Below, piece by piece: positions 10,174 to 21,664 of a DNA stretch of 64,000 nucleotides. Position 1 is the first letter of the stretch, and every line of letters begins with the position of its first letter. Below the pieces are notes generated by a model. The model saw nothing but the letters and a program-made list of their open reading frames with translations. It was not told the DNA's origin and made no database searches. Source of the stretch: Ramazzottius varieornatus (Eukaryota > Animalia > Tardigrada); the NCBI GenBank assembly GCA_001949185.1, contig BDGG01000008.1:248001-312000 (forward strand), read 5' to 3'. The position numbers were made by a program, and so were the translations under genes.

Positions 10174-12596
10174 TTACTCCAGATCATCATAGCTGTCTTC
10201 TTCAGCCTCCTCAGCAGCTCCTCGCGCCCGCCTGGCCAGCGAGTACAGCAGACCGATGACGTAGAAGACAAGGATTCCCCAGGACAGCCAGTAGTAACAG
10301 GCACCGAAGAACCAGGCCTTGAAGAAGTAGCAGACCAGGAAATAGCTGTTTCTTGTCATTTCGCAGTCTGTTGAATAACATAAAACAATGAACTGTTAGT
10401 CGCGCTTTCAGTCAGACTTCAAAGGTTTACCTATGGCACCCTCCTCGCAAGGCTTCAACTCTGCATCAGTATAGGACGCCAGATTCTCGAACTCCTCAAC
10501 GTATGGTCTATAGTGCTGGCTGCCGAATGTGGAATACTGAGGGGACAGGAAGTAGGAGATGACATTGAGACCGAGCACGGAGAAGGTGAGGATGAAGCAC
10601 AGGAAGAGGATTCCTTGTGGTCGGGTTCCATGCGGCCGGAATCGGAAAAGCTGCAAAACGTCCATATTACAACAACAAGGCAGAAAAATTAGTCTGCGAA
10701 AGCGTGAGAAACCGTACCCGAACACAAAAACATCTCAGACCAAGGTCCTTGACGGCCATCACAGTGACGAAGAGCAGGAACGCTACCGTCATACCGTAAA
10801 AGATGAAGTCCAGAGGAAAGAGTTGCTGACTTTTTACCAGGACCCAGTCGATCGGCTGAAATAACAAAAGGCGTTCCAAACAGTGTTTACATTATGTATC
10901 AAGTGGAATCCAAATACCTACATTGGGTAATGTACGGTTTTGTCTTGGGAGAATGTATCCAAAGCGCATATGAGAGTGCATTGCCTTGTCGATACTGCAA
11001 TGCGAACAGGAGCAAGTCAGCTTAATGACGAAGTCAATGAGTACAAGATGCGACTACTTTGTAAGAAGAAGGGAAACCGCGATAAGCCCGGCAAGGAGAA
11101 ACATCGAGAAACCCAGAAGGATCTGGAAGGGTCGCCAGGCGTTGCCCAAGAAAGCTCGAACTCGACTACGCGCAGCTGGCTCTAATTCCCGTTCCTGACG
11201 AGCCAACAAGCGCTCCCTTTCTTGAATCTCGCGATTCCGGAGATTTGGGTACAGACGAGAATTCTGGAACGTAAGTTGATTTCGTTAAGGACCAGCAACA
11301 TGGTTGTCTCAAAGCGACTTACCGCAACAGTCAGCTCTCGCCGAATTTCTGCTCGTCGAGCTACAACGTCCTCATACTGGTGGCGAATGCTCCGAGAACC
11401 CCGCATCATATTAACCGGCCAACTGGCCATTCCGAATCCCGTGTAGAGTGCGTTGAATAGCATACCGATCACGCAAAGAATAGACACCATGAAGGATATC
11501 GCATCTTGACCACCTGTAGATAACGGTAGAATGACGTAAACGTGAACCGGAAGTACGATTCTCGGACTTTGACAGGAGAATATGAAACCTCATAATGTAC
11601 TATACCATTCTTCTCGAACGACTGAACAATAATTCGCAGGTCATCCCAAACCGTACCATTTCCGGATACTGGATCGTTAAGTGGGATGAAAGCCCTGTGA
11701 ATATCGAAGGTTTAGTACAGCGTATTGATAATAAGGCCATACAATCCAAACAAGATTCCAACCAAGTGTCTGTGATTACCCCGTCAGAAGTATTATTCCA
11801 GCGAGGACGACAAAACCGATAGCGTATTTCATCGCGTTGAAAAGACGCTGCAAAACACAGATAAGCAAACCTGCGAGTTGGCGGAAATTACAGTATGTAC
11901 ACACATTATACAGCGAGTAATGTTTCTTACCGGGCGCCATGGACGGTCGTCATCCCGCTCTTCGTAATAAAAATACGCAAGTGGAAGAAGGAGAAAGGTG
12001 GTGAGCGTGATGGTTCCGTACAAAGCTAGAACAATACAAAAAACCTTACGCGGTCTGCGGTCCCGAATCCACAGAAAGATCCGACGGGCGAAAACTAATG
12101 TATACCATAATACGCGGTCATGACATCCGACTCAAGCTCTTGTCGATCAGTCGAGTTCTGTGCCCAATCCTGCAAAGAGAAGCTGGGTCAAACGCTCAGC
12201 CCGCTGCCCGTAGTATCTTGAGCATCAAATCCATATATACAGCAAAGTGCGCTGCGGTACACAGTATATGCGTCTAAACGGACCAACCTGAAAAGTGCCG
12301 TTTGCAGTTTTCATCCAAGATACCAGGAACACATCTAACGGAAGTAACGCCGAAGTCGACAGAGTAAGGACGAGCGCAAACACCGCGACTATTGATGATG
12401 AAGTCTCGTACTCGTTGGAGCTTTGATGGTGTCGAATGAAGAAGGTTGAAAACAACAGAATGACCTGTGCAAAGCAAACGATCAACAAGCTGAACCTCAG
12501 GGCTTGTTCTATCAAATGCGGGAAGTTTCGACCTACCGCCAACGCTCCCAAGAACGGGATCCAGCCATAGGCGGCAATACTCGCTGGAAGAGACAT
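10174..12596 (-). CDS. LMBRD1: Lysosomal cobalamin transport escort protein LMBD1
   Basis: Multi-exon polytopic membrane protein. Motifs SALLPLDVFLVS..K..NGTF, LPLAYFYYEE, YTGFGMASWP, FPLDFI, RPHGTRPQGILF, PQYSTFGSQ; acidic C-terminus. Confidence 0.9.
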
Positions 12597-13369
12597 CCTA
12601 GATACACGATCTGCTAACAGTTTGTCGAAGGAGGCTCGCGCAGTCACACAGACACGTTCTGGACGCTTGTTGAAGGTTCTGCTTCTCGTACCCAACTGCC
12701 GATGGATTCTTTCACGCTCCACCGCTACCCATGAGTAGATCTCTGAGAAGTCGAGAGTTGAAATGCACCAACCAAGACACAGAAACAGGAAGAATCTGGA
12801 AGCTTAAGATACAAAAGAAAATTAAATTACAGTAATCGTGTTCAGATTCACAACGTAAAAGGTAAACAATCCTGTGTTTCCGCCCACCTGGGCGAATCCG
12901 GTGCTCTTATTGGATAACTTCGGGGATACACGCAAACTCCTTATTGAATATGTATTCGTTGCAATTTTTAATCGATTTTTCGTTTTTTGAATTTCGAGTA
13001 AGTGGACTGTGGACGTTGGACAAGCACACTGTCAGCTCGGCTCCACGGTGTCGGAGCTCGTCGGTATCTCTCAGGCATCTCGATCAGGTGCGACGGACGG
13101 AAGATCCTGGTGACTTCGCGTATGTCTGGCGCTGGAAGAATCGTTTGCACGGCGAAAGACGAAAGGAACTATATTCGCTTTTTGATCGCCGACCATTCCT
13201 TCGACAACCATCATGGAGGTATCCAATCCAAAGTTGGTCGTACATGCGCACGAGCAGCATTGATACGCTGACCCGACAAGTCTTGAGCAACCCGCGTGCG
13301 CTCTATGGACGGTGGGTATAAGCTGTGGACGCGCGTTGGCGGTTGCCGATCGATTAGATATCTTGCACA

Positions 13370-16300
13370 ATGAAGCGGCTCCGGAAACTTCAGGAAAGCC
13401 TCCCCACTGAGGACTTCACACCTCGGGATTACCAGGTAAGTCTAACGTACAAAGTAATCTGGTACGTGCGGTCCAAACATCGTCAGGCTACAGTGTACGG
13501 TCATTGCCTGCATATATGTAAAGGACCCTCGTTCTTTATTCTGCAGCTCGATCTTCTGGAAAATGCTCGTCGAGAAAATACGGTAGCCGCTGTTGGCTCA
13601 GGTGATACAAAGTGCCCCGTGCATTCTGTGACACTGTTGGATGTAACTGGCTGTTATCATTACACTTCGTGTTTCGTTAGATGGAGGAAAATCCTTTTTG
13701 GCCCTGACGCTGCTGCGCGAGTTGGACCAGTCGCATAAGGTGGACAAAGGGACGAATGGCCGGACGCGGAAAGTTGCCCTCATTGCTGTTGAGACCGGTA
13801 TGTGTATTCTTGTAAAGCGAGATACCCATCTAGTGGTCCTGGTTTATTTCAGCCGAAATTGCGGACGAGTATGTTCGAGCGGTCGAAGACCACACGGACT
13901 TCGTTGCCGGACGCTTGAACAATGTGCCACCGCAAGACCTTTCTCAGCTGGATGTTGCCGTCGCACTCCACGAAGAGCTGATCGCGTTGTTTTCTACACG
14001 CCGTATAGGTAAGACTGCGTAAAATTACCCGGACCTCGTAATACTGCAGATTACGAATTTTACCCAATTGCTGCAAAAGGTTAAATTCGTTGTCGCGAGT
14101 TTTGACGTGGTACCGCGTATCGTTCTGATTGCTGGAACTGTGTAGATTTGAAGACGGTGGGACTAGTGGCGATTGACGAATGTACATTCGCCGTGAAGAA
14201 GTATCCGTATAGCCAGCTGTTCCACCAGGATTTCTTGATCAACGGTTCGCGCGAACTGGACGGCGGAATGCGAGTACTGGCGCTGACGTCCTCGCTGCTG
14301 ACCAAAGATGCCGTTGCTGATTCTGTCGTCCTGGATTCGGCAGTTGCTCACTTGGAAGATGTCTTTCGTAGTAGACTAAAGACCTCAGTTAGCTTGATCT
14401 CAGTCGACCGGTTCGGATACCCAAAGGAAGTCCAAATTATTCCTTACTCGGTAAGATTTGTGTACTATTCATTTCAAAACGCCGCAGTAGATGACTGATG
14501 TTGTATGTGCTGTTGCAGCTCAACGTGAAGCCAGAACTGGAAAAAGGCACAAACTTCGTGAAGCGGAAGTTGCAAGAGCTCCTCGGATTCCTCCAGCAGT
14601 GCATCCATATCTCCACGTTGACCAAAGTGGAGAAAGCCGACTGCATCATGAACGTGAATGCGTATAATGTCTTTCAAGTCTCTGCATCGGAAACTCTGGA
14701 ATGCCTGAGAGTTTTGGGACTGTGGCCCACTTATCGAGTAGGTAATAACACCAGCTTCCGGTTTAGTATTCATATAGTAACCGCGGTGTGCGTACTGGAA
14801 AGCATCACTGTTATTTTTCAGTTGGTCAATATCATCGCAAGAGACTTCCGGAATATTCAGCTGAAGAACCTCGTGGAACAGAGAATCATGCGAATCCTGG
14901 TGGCAGTTACCTGCCGGTTTCAAGAGATCGCTATAGGCCTTGAGAAGATGTATGGCTTTGACAGGGTGGAGAAGGGCGATTTGACAATCTTGAACTTCGT
15001 CTCGGAGAAGCTGCGTATCCTGGTGGAGAGAATGGATCCATACGATCCGAAGAACCCCGATGAAGGAAAACGTAAGAATAACCTTTCTATCAGACCTGGT
15101 AGCTCGGCAAACAAAGTTGTTTTCCTGAGTGACGCACGTGCCCAGTACTGCTTACTGCAAGCATGCGCCGCTTGAGAGAACGATCTTGTCGAGTTTTGTT
15201 TAATTTTGTTTGCCTAGGTCGCAAATATCATTGTTTTGCTTTAATTGGCTTTCTATTTCTTTCTCTTTCTGCAGCTTGCTTCCCGGAGAAGTATTTCAGC
15301 ATGATCATCAACGTCTCCCGACCGTACCTCGCCTGGGCAGTTAGTCGGTTCCTCCGAGATCTCAAGTCCTCAGACAAGAAGTGCAAGTATGGGTTCGTCA
15401 CCAGTGCCTACTGTCTGGGGTCTTTCAACAGCAGCTATGTCACGCCGACCGATGCCTGCTTCTTCGGCATGCCTTTTCAAGTACAAGAAGAGATACTACG
15501 ACGTTTCCGGAACCGTGACTTCAATGTTTTGGTGTCCACATGCACAAACGATACGACGTTGGATGTACCGCCTTGCACATTCTGCGTCCAGTAAGACTAA
15601 ACTTGCTCAGCTTCTTTGCCTAACTCGAATACTCTTGACCAGCGTAAATTTCTCTTGCAGGTTTGACCCGGTGAAAGATTACTTAACCTTTGTACATGCC
15701 AGACACCGGACGAAAAGTAGATACGGAACTCTGTGCCTTCTTGTCGAGAATGAGGAGGAACAGCAGTACCGTACGGAGCATGCTTCCCGCTTCGAAAAGA
15801 TCGACGCCGTAAGACTATGCGTACTTAAGCCTATCTTTACTGAGTCCAGCCACATTAAGCAGAGCGACCATGTTGTACCGAGTTTCTGTTTTCAGACTGT
15901 CTTGACTCGCTGCCCGGATCATATTATTCCGTCTCCCCCCGTTCCACCGGAAGTCCTTTCACTTCCTCCTGAAGCACTAGAGCCGGTTCGTGCTGCGTCA
16001 ACTGGTGTACAGATCACCTTCCTCCAAGCTATCGGCGTGATCAACCGCTACTGCTCAAACCTCCCAAGTGACGCTTTTGCCAACTTGACGCCCCTCTCGT
16101 ACATTAAAGAAGTACCTCAGATGGATGGAACATCGTGGTATCAGTGCAAGCTTACACTTCCCATCAACGCTCCGATGAAGCATGCAATCCTGGTAGGTTA
16201 CTCTGATGATTCACTCCCAGAAAATTCGCAGTTTATAATGCCGATCTTTTTAGGGTCTGGTGATGCCAACCAAGCAGTACGCCAGACAGTCCGCCGCGTT

Positions 16301-19300
16301 GGAAGCCTGCCGGCAGTTGTATCAGCTGGGCGAACTGGATGAATCGCTGGCGCCGGTTAGTAAGGACACTTGGAAAACAGAGATAACGAAATTCGTAGCG
16401 CTTGAACCACCCGAGAATGTAGCTGATGGAGAACCCAAACCAGGAACAACGAAACGAAGGCAGTACTATGTCAAGAAGGTATTCTATCGAATCCACTCTC
16501 CTTTCCCATTAGATGGGCGGAACGATTTCAGTCAAATACATACAATGAAGAAAGTGCTTGCCTTCTCGTGATCAAATTTGATTGCTTTCGTGTACATGCG
16601 CACACTCACTGCAATTGCACTAATGTGCTGCTAGTCAACTTTGATCACGAGAAGGCAAGCACTTTCTTCATTGTACAAGGGTTCTTCATGAGTGTAAGAC
16701 CCGTTGTATGCAGTCGGCAGGAAAGATGCGTAGCTTCATGTGGGGACTTTGGATAGATGACAGGTCTATTTCTTTAGATTCCAGCAGCTTTGAAGAACGC
16801 CTTACCTGTCGTGGGAAGTAAATGCTTCCTGTACGGACTGGAAATGAAGTTGACATGTCCTGTTCCGCAAGAACAGAATGTCCGAGGCCGGAAAATCCAA
16901 CATCCGGAAGACGCTCTACGAGTCTTCGGAATACTCTCAAGGAAAGCCATTCCGGCTATTCCCGACTTCAACATCTACGACCGGTCCGGAGAGATCCGCG
17001 TTTCCTTAACCGAGATAGCACGTGACATCTGTGTTCCGGACGAAGGAGCTGCGTTGGCGAACGAGTTTCACAGCACGATCTTCTCCAAAGTTCTTTCCTT
17101 GGAAAAATATTCCATAAAGTTTTCGCCGAGTTATGCTTCATCCCAGTTCCTCATCGTTCCTTTATGCCGCGGTAACTGAACATATTATTCGTGTTGGAAT
17201 TTTTACCCAGTATTTTCAGGTGAACGAAAGTTTCGTTTGTTTCACGTGACAATCACCTGCATACTCACGGGCCGTGTCAAATATGTGGTGTGGAGTATGC
17301 AGGGTCGTGACACAGACGTATAACTTTTTGGTGTTGCTCTCAGTTCAGGGCAAATATGGTAGACCAGTTCTTTGACGACTCACTTCGTCTTCTTTGCAGA
17401 GAGTTCGGACTACGTGGTAGACTGGAGCTACATAAAGAGTGTAAATCAGACAAACGTCATGAGAGTCGTACCAGTGCCTGATGAAGACCGCAAGCCTTTC
17501 GCGGAGGAACTATTCGCCGACGCCGTGGTCATGCCATGGTATCGCAGTATCGACCAGCCGCAGACGTTCTATGTTGAGCAAATTTGCCCGTGGCTGACTG
17601 TACAGTGTGAGTTTCCGGACAGCGAATTCCCAACGTTTGGAGACTACTACAAGGCCAAGTACAACATCACTATTCAGCACCCAGACCAACCGCTCTTGGA
17701 TGTCGACCACACTTCCACACGCTTGAACCTTCTGCTTCCTCGTTTCCTGAGTCGAAAGGGCTCCTCGTTAAGTCAGATCGAGAAGAGAGAACTTTTGAAG
17801 GACAAAGAATCGCGACATCGTCAGATCCTGGTTCCCGAACTGTGCAAGGTACCACAGTTTTCTAATGATGAAGAATGTTCGTATCAATCGGTTTGACTGA
17901 AAACAAAAATGAACTACAGTACTTCAAAAAAATTTGACAGAATATAATATCAATATTTCGAGCCAACATCTAAAAAATATGTGAACTAGGTTCATCCTAT
18001 ATCTGCTTCGCTGTGGCGTCAGGCCATCTGCCTACCTTCCGTTCTCCACCGCATCGAGTCACTGTTGGTCATGGAGGAACTCCTGCAGAAGATCAAGCAA
18101 GGAACTGGAATAGGGACCAAAGCCGCAACAACGAACAGTACAACAACCTGGCCGCTGATCGACTACGGTTGGAACTTTGAAGAGAAAGTACAGGCTTTAG
18201 GCACAGACCAGAGCGAGCGCGATGACTTAGACATAAGAAATGCTTCTATCATCGAGAACGCTAGGCTGAAACACGAAAAGACGTCATGTACTAAGAAACA
18301 GACAACTGACACTTGGAGTACAAGGGAGAATGTCAAAGACCCAGACTACTTTGAGATTGGTAACTGGACGTCTGATCAGTCGGACTTTATGGTCGACACG
18401 TGGAACTCGAGCTGCGTTGAGCCACAGAGTGATACATCAGTGTCGTTCTTCGATCATGTAGACGACAGCTATGGGAAAACGAGTAATGTGACCGGAAGTA
18501 GCTCGAAGCTGTCGGACTCGCTGTTCAGTGGCACGTCCAGGATTCAGCTGAAGAACGGAAGTCTCGCTGCGAGTTACGCAAATGAGGTAGACGATGTCGA
18601 GTGGGGATACGGCGAACCCGGAGACCTTCCTGGCATTAGTCTGGTGTCGGGCTTCTCCAACACGGTCATGAAGGATATCGAGAAAGACCTGGCGAACTTC
18701 GACGATTCTGGAATGGTCGGAGAAACCAGTGATGTCGGTAAGGATCTTTTCCTTGTCTACTCCAACTTCATGTCGGTTGAACTTTAAGTTGATGGTTTTT
18801 CAGCGGACGATATGGAGACGATTGCCGACTCGATGATGACCGCCCTTCCAGTCTACAACCTCGAAGCCCTCGATCCATTGAAAGATCGCGAAGAAGAAGA
18901 CTTCGGACCAGTGATGTCCTCCATCCTCCATCTAAGGTTCTCCGAGTCCGCACCGGATGACTACCCAAATCGCAGCTCGGCGGATGTCTTCGAGAATATG
19001 TCCGACTTCACTCTTGGCGACCCTGGAATGGACAAAGACAAGAAGAACGCCGACAAAGCCAAGGACTCGCGAGCGGAATTCGGCGAAGTCCTCCGCGCGA
19101 AGTCTTCTGTCGCAGCTGACAAAGTGGCCACCAGAGTGAAGCAGCAACCGGTGGTCCTTCTCGAACCCACCATCAAGTTCGACGATGACCGAGAACCAGC
19201 CTACGTCGCCGGACCCGATCCTGGACTTCTTTTGCAGGTAATTATTCCTGTAGCGCCAAATTCACTTGTCTCTTTAACATCGGATGTATATTTGTAGGCG

Positions 19301-20999
19301 TTTACTTCGTCCAACGCCAATGATGGCATCAACCTAGAGCGTTTAGAAACCATCGGCGATTCTTTTCTCAAATTTAGCATGACCACTTTTCTGTATTTCT
19401 GCTATTCGGCCTACCACGAAGGGAAACTGTCCTTTTTGAGAAGTCTCCAAGTGAGCAACTACAATCTCTACCGATTAGGTTTCCGCAAAGGTTTCGGGGA
19501 AATTCTGCTCAGTAGCAAGTTTGAGCCGACAGAGAACTGGCTTCCGCCATGTTTCGCACTGACTGAGAATACGGACAGCCCCAACTTGAGAACCCAGCAC
19601 TGCGTCTCGGACAAGACGCTGGCTGACTGTGTGGAGTCGCTGATTGGGGCGTACTTGGTCTCGTCGGGAATCAAAGCGGCGCAGCTGCTGATGTCCTGGC
19701 TGGGCTTGAGTGTCCTGCCGGAACGACCCGGTGCGCAGGACGAAGAATGCATGCTCAACCGCTACACATGGTTCCCACAACCAAGCACAGTTCTTCTGGA
19801 AGGCACTCCGGAAGACTTCCTAGAGCTTGAAAGGCTGCTGAATGGCTATGAAAAGTTCGAAGGCCGCATCGGCTACAAGTAAGCTTCTTACCTTCCCGTA
19901 ACATTTCGCTATCAGCTGGTTAAAGTTTTGACGGCTCGCAGGTTCCGCGATCGATCGTACCTGCTTCAGGCCTTCACCCACGCTTCGTACACCTATAATC
20001 GCGTTACCGATTGCTATCAACGGCTGGAGTTTCTCGGCGATGCTGTTCTGGACTATCTGATAACAAGGCATCTGTTTGAAGATCTGCGGTAAGTTTCAAG
20101 AGCAACTCAATTCCTCACAGATATCTTTTGGAAGGTTGGTTCGGTGCGGCTCCACCAACCGTTCCTTACTTGTTTAGTGGCCATTCTCCCGGTGCTCTGA
20201 CGGACCTTCGATCCGCCTTAGTCAACAATGCCATCTTCGCTTCGATGGCGGTACGGTACGAGTTTCACAAGTACGTGAAGCTGCTCAGTCCGGCCATTTT
20301 TCAACTTGTCGAGAAGTACGTCAAGGAGCAACGAGAACGGGACCACAGCGTTACCATCTTCAGCGAAGATATTGTAAGCTTTTGTTCTAGACTTTCAGCA
20401 CGAGCCTTTAGAAACAATTCGCAATTGGGTTTTAGTACTTTTACGATCCCGCGGTCGATGAGGATATGCTAGAAGATGATGGTGGCGCCGAGGAAACTGA
20501 GTGTCCGAAAGTTCTGGGTGACGTTTTCGAGTCGGTTGCTGGAGCCATCTATCTGGATAGTGGCATGTCCCTGGACGCCGTCTGGAGAGTGTACTATACC
20601 ATGATGAAGTCCGAAATCGGTAAGAAGTGTTTTACTACCATGGTCTCAACTTGGTGAGTTATCATTTTCATGCAGTCAGAAACATACTCCCGTTTGTTTC
20701 TAGAACAATGCTCCACGAATATTCCGAAGTCTCCGGTACGAGAGCTTCTTGAACTTGAGCCGGAGAACGTTAAGTTCAGGTACTCCCGTAGAAGTTTTTT
20801 CATCTTTCAGCTATCCATTTTGAACTTGATCCTTTGTAGCATTCCGGAGAGGACTGCGGCTGGAAAGATTCGAGTAGTGGTGGAAATTTTCGACAAGGGA
20901 AAGTTCGTGGGTCTCGGACGGAACTATCGCACCGCCAAGTGTACTGCTGCCAAACAAGCGCTGAAATACTTGCGCTCTTTAGAGGATCGAGCGGCCTAG
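13370..20999 (+). CDS. DICER1: Dicer-1 type RNase III (degenerate helicase, DUF283, platform, PAZ, RNase IIIa/IIIb, dsRBD)
   Basis: N-terminal FTPRDYQ; DUF283 [17 protein letters not shown]; [24 protein letters not shown]; RNase IIIa [13 protein letters not shown]; RNase IIIb [14 protein letters not shown] and [10 protein letters not shown]; ds[13 protein letters not shown]...[13 protein letters not shown]. Confidence 0.97.
16541..16675. mobile_element. Tc1/mariner-like MITE in a Dicer intron
   Basis: Perfect 36-bp inverted repeat TACAATGAAGAAAGTGCTTGCCTTCTCGTGATCAAA (16541-16576 / 16640-16675). The terminal TA is consistent with a TA target-site duplication. Confidence 0.75.
17256..17303. 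repeat. Motif family A copy (CCTGCATAC-N30-GTATGCAGG) in Dicer intron 17172-17399
   Basis: Arms at 17256-17264 and 17295-17303, embedded in a longer imperfect hairpin 17227-17327. Confidence 0.8.
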
Positions 21000-21664
21000 T
21001 CTTTCTGCTTCTCTAACTCCTCCGTTTTATCCGTTTTGAGTATTTTGTACTTTTACACTTCAGTACTCCGTGCTTTCTTATCCGGTCTTATGCTTCAGCA
21101 AATTTGAGCATTTTGCGGCGCAGAAGTTCTCTTTTCAAGTGTTTTACAGCATCTTTTGTGCTGCGAGTTTGACTGTTTGGGTTTATAAAAATCAAGGGAG
21201 ATGGCAAGTGTGGCTACTGTGCCACCTAGTGTGTGCCGGGAGTTCATTCAACAAGGTCAACAGTCAACACCCCAAAACCCGAAAAATGACCTCATTCTGT
21301 TGTCTGCGGTTCCGGACGACGGTTTCGCCTGGACCGCTCCGTCTTCGAGTTTCGACTCGCGAAACCACTAGTCCCAGTTAACTAGTTAACTTAGTTGGCA
21401 GCTTCGCAAGAGCGGTAGATGCGCGATGCGACCAACTTGCTAAAATTTGACGATGCGATTTGTTAGACTGCCGCAACGCTTCTTTACTGTTCAGATGAGT
21501 TCTGACTTTCTACTCTTTAGTCTTCATCATCTTTCTGTCTCCTTCTCCAACTCCTGATCGAAGTTCGTTTGTTCCAGACGAACGGGATCTCGGTTGTCGA
21601 TATCTACATTGTGGTAGAACGTGCGCAGGTTACAGACGGAGTTACGGCGAGGTGGAAGTGATAA

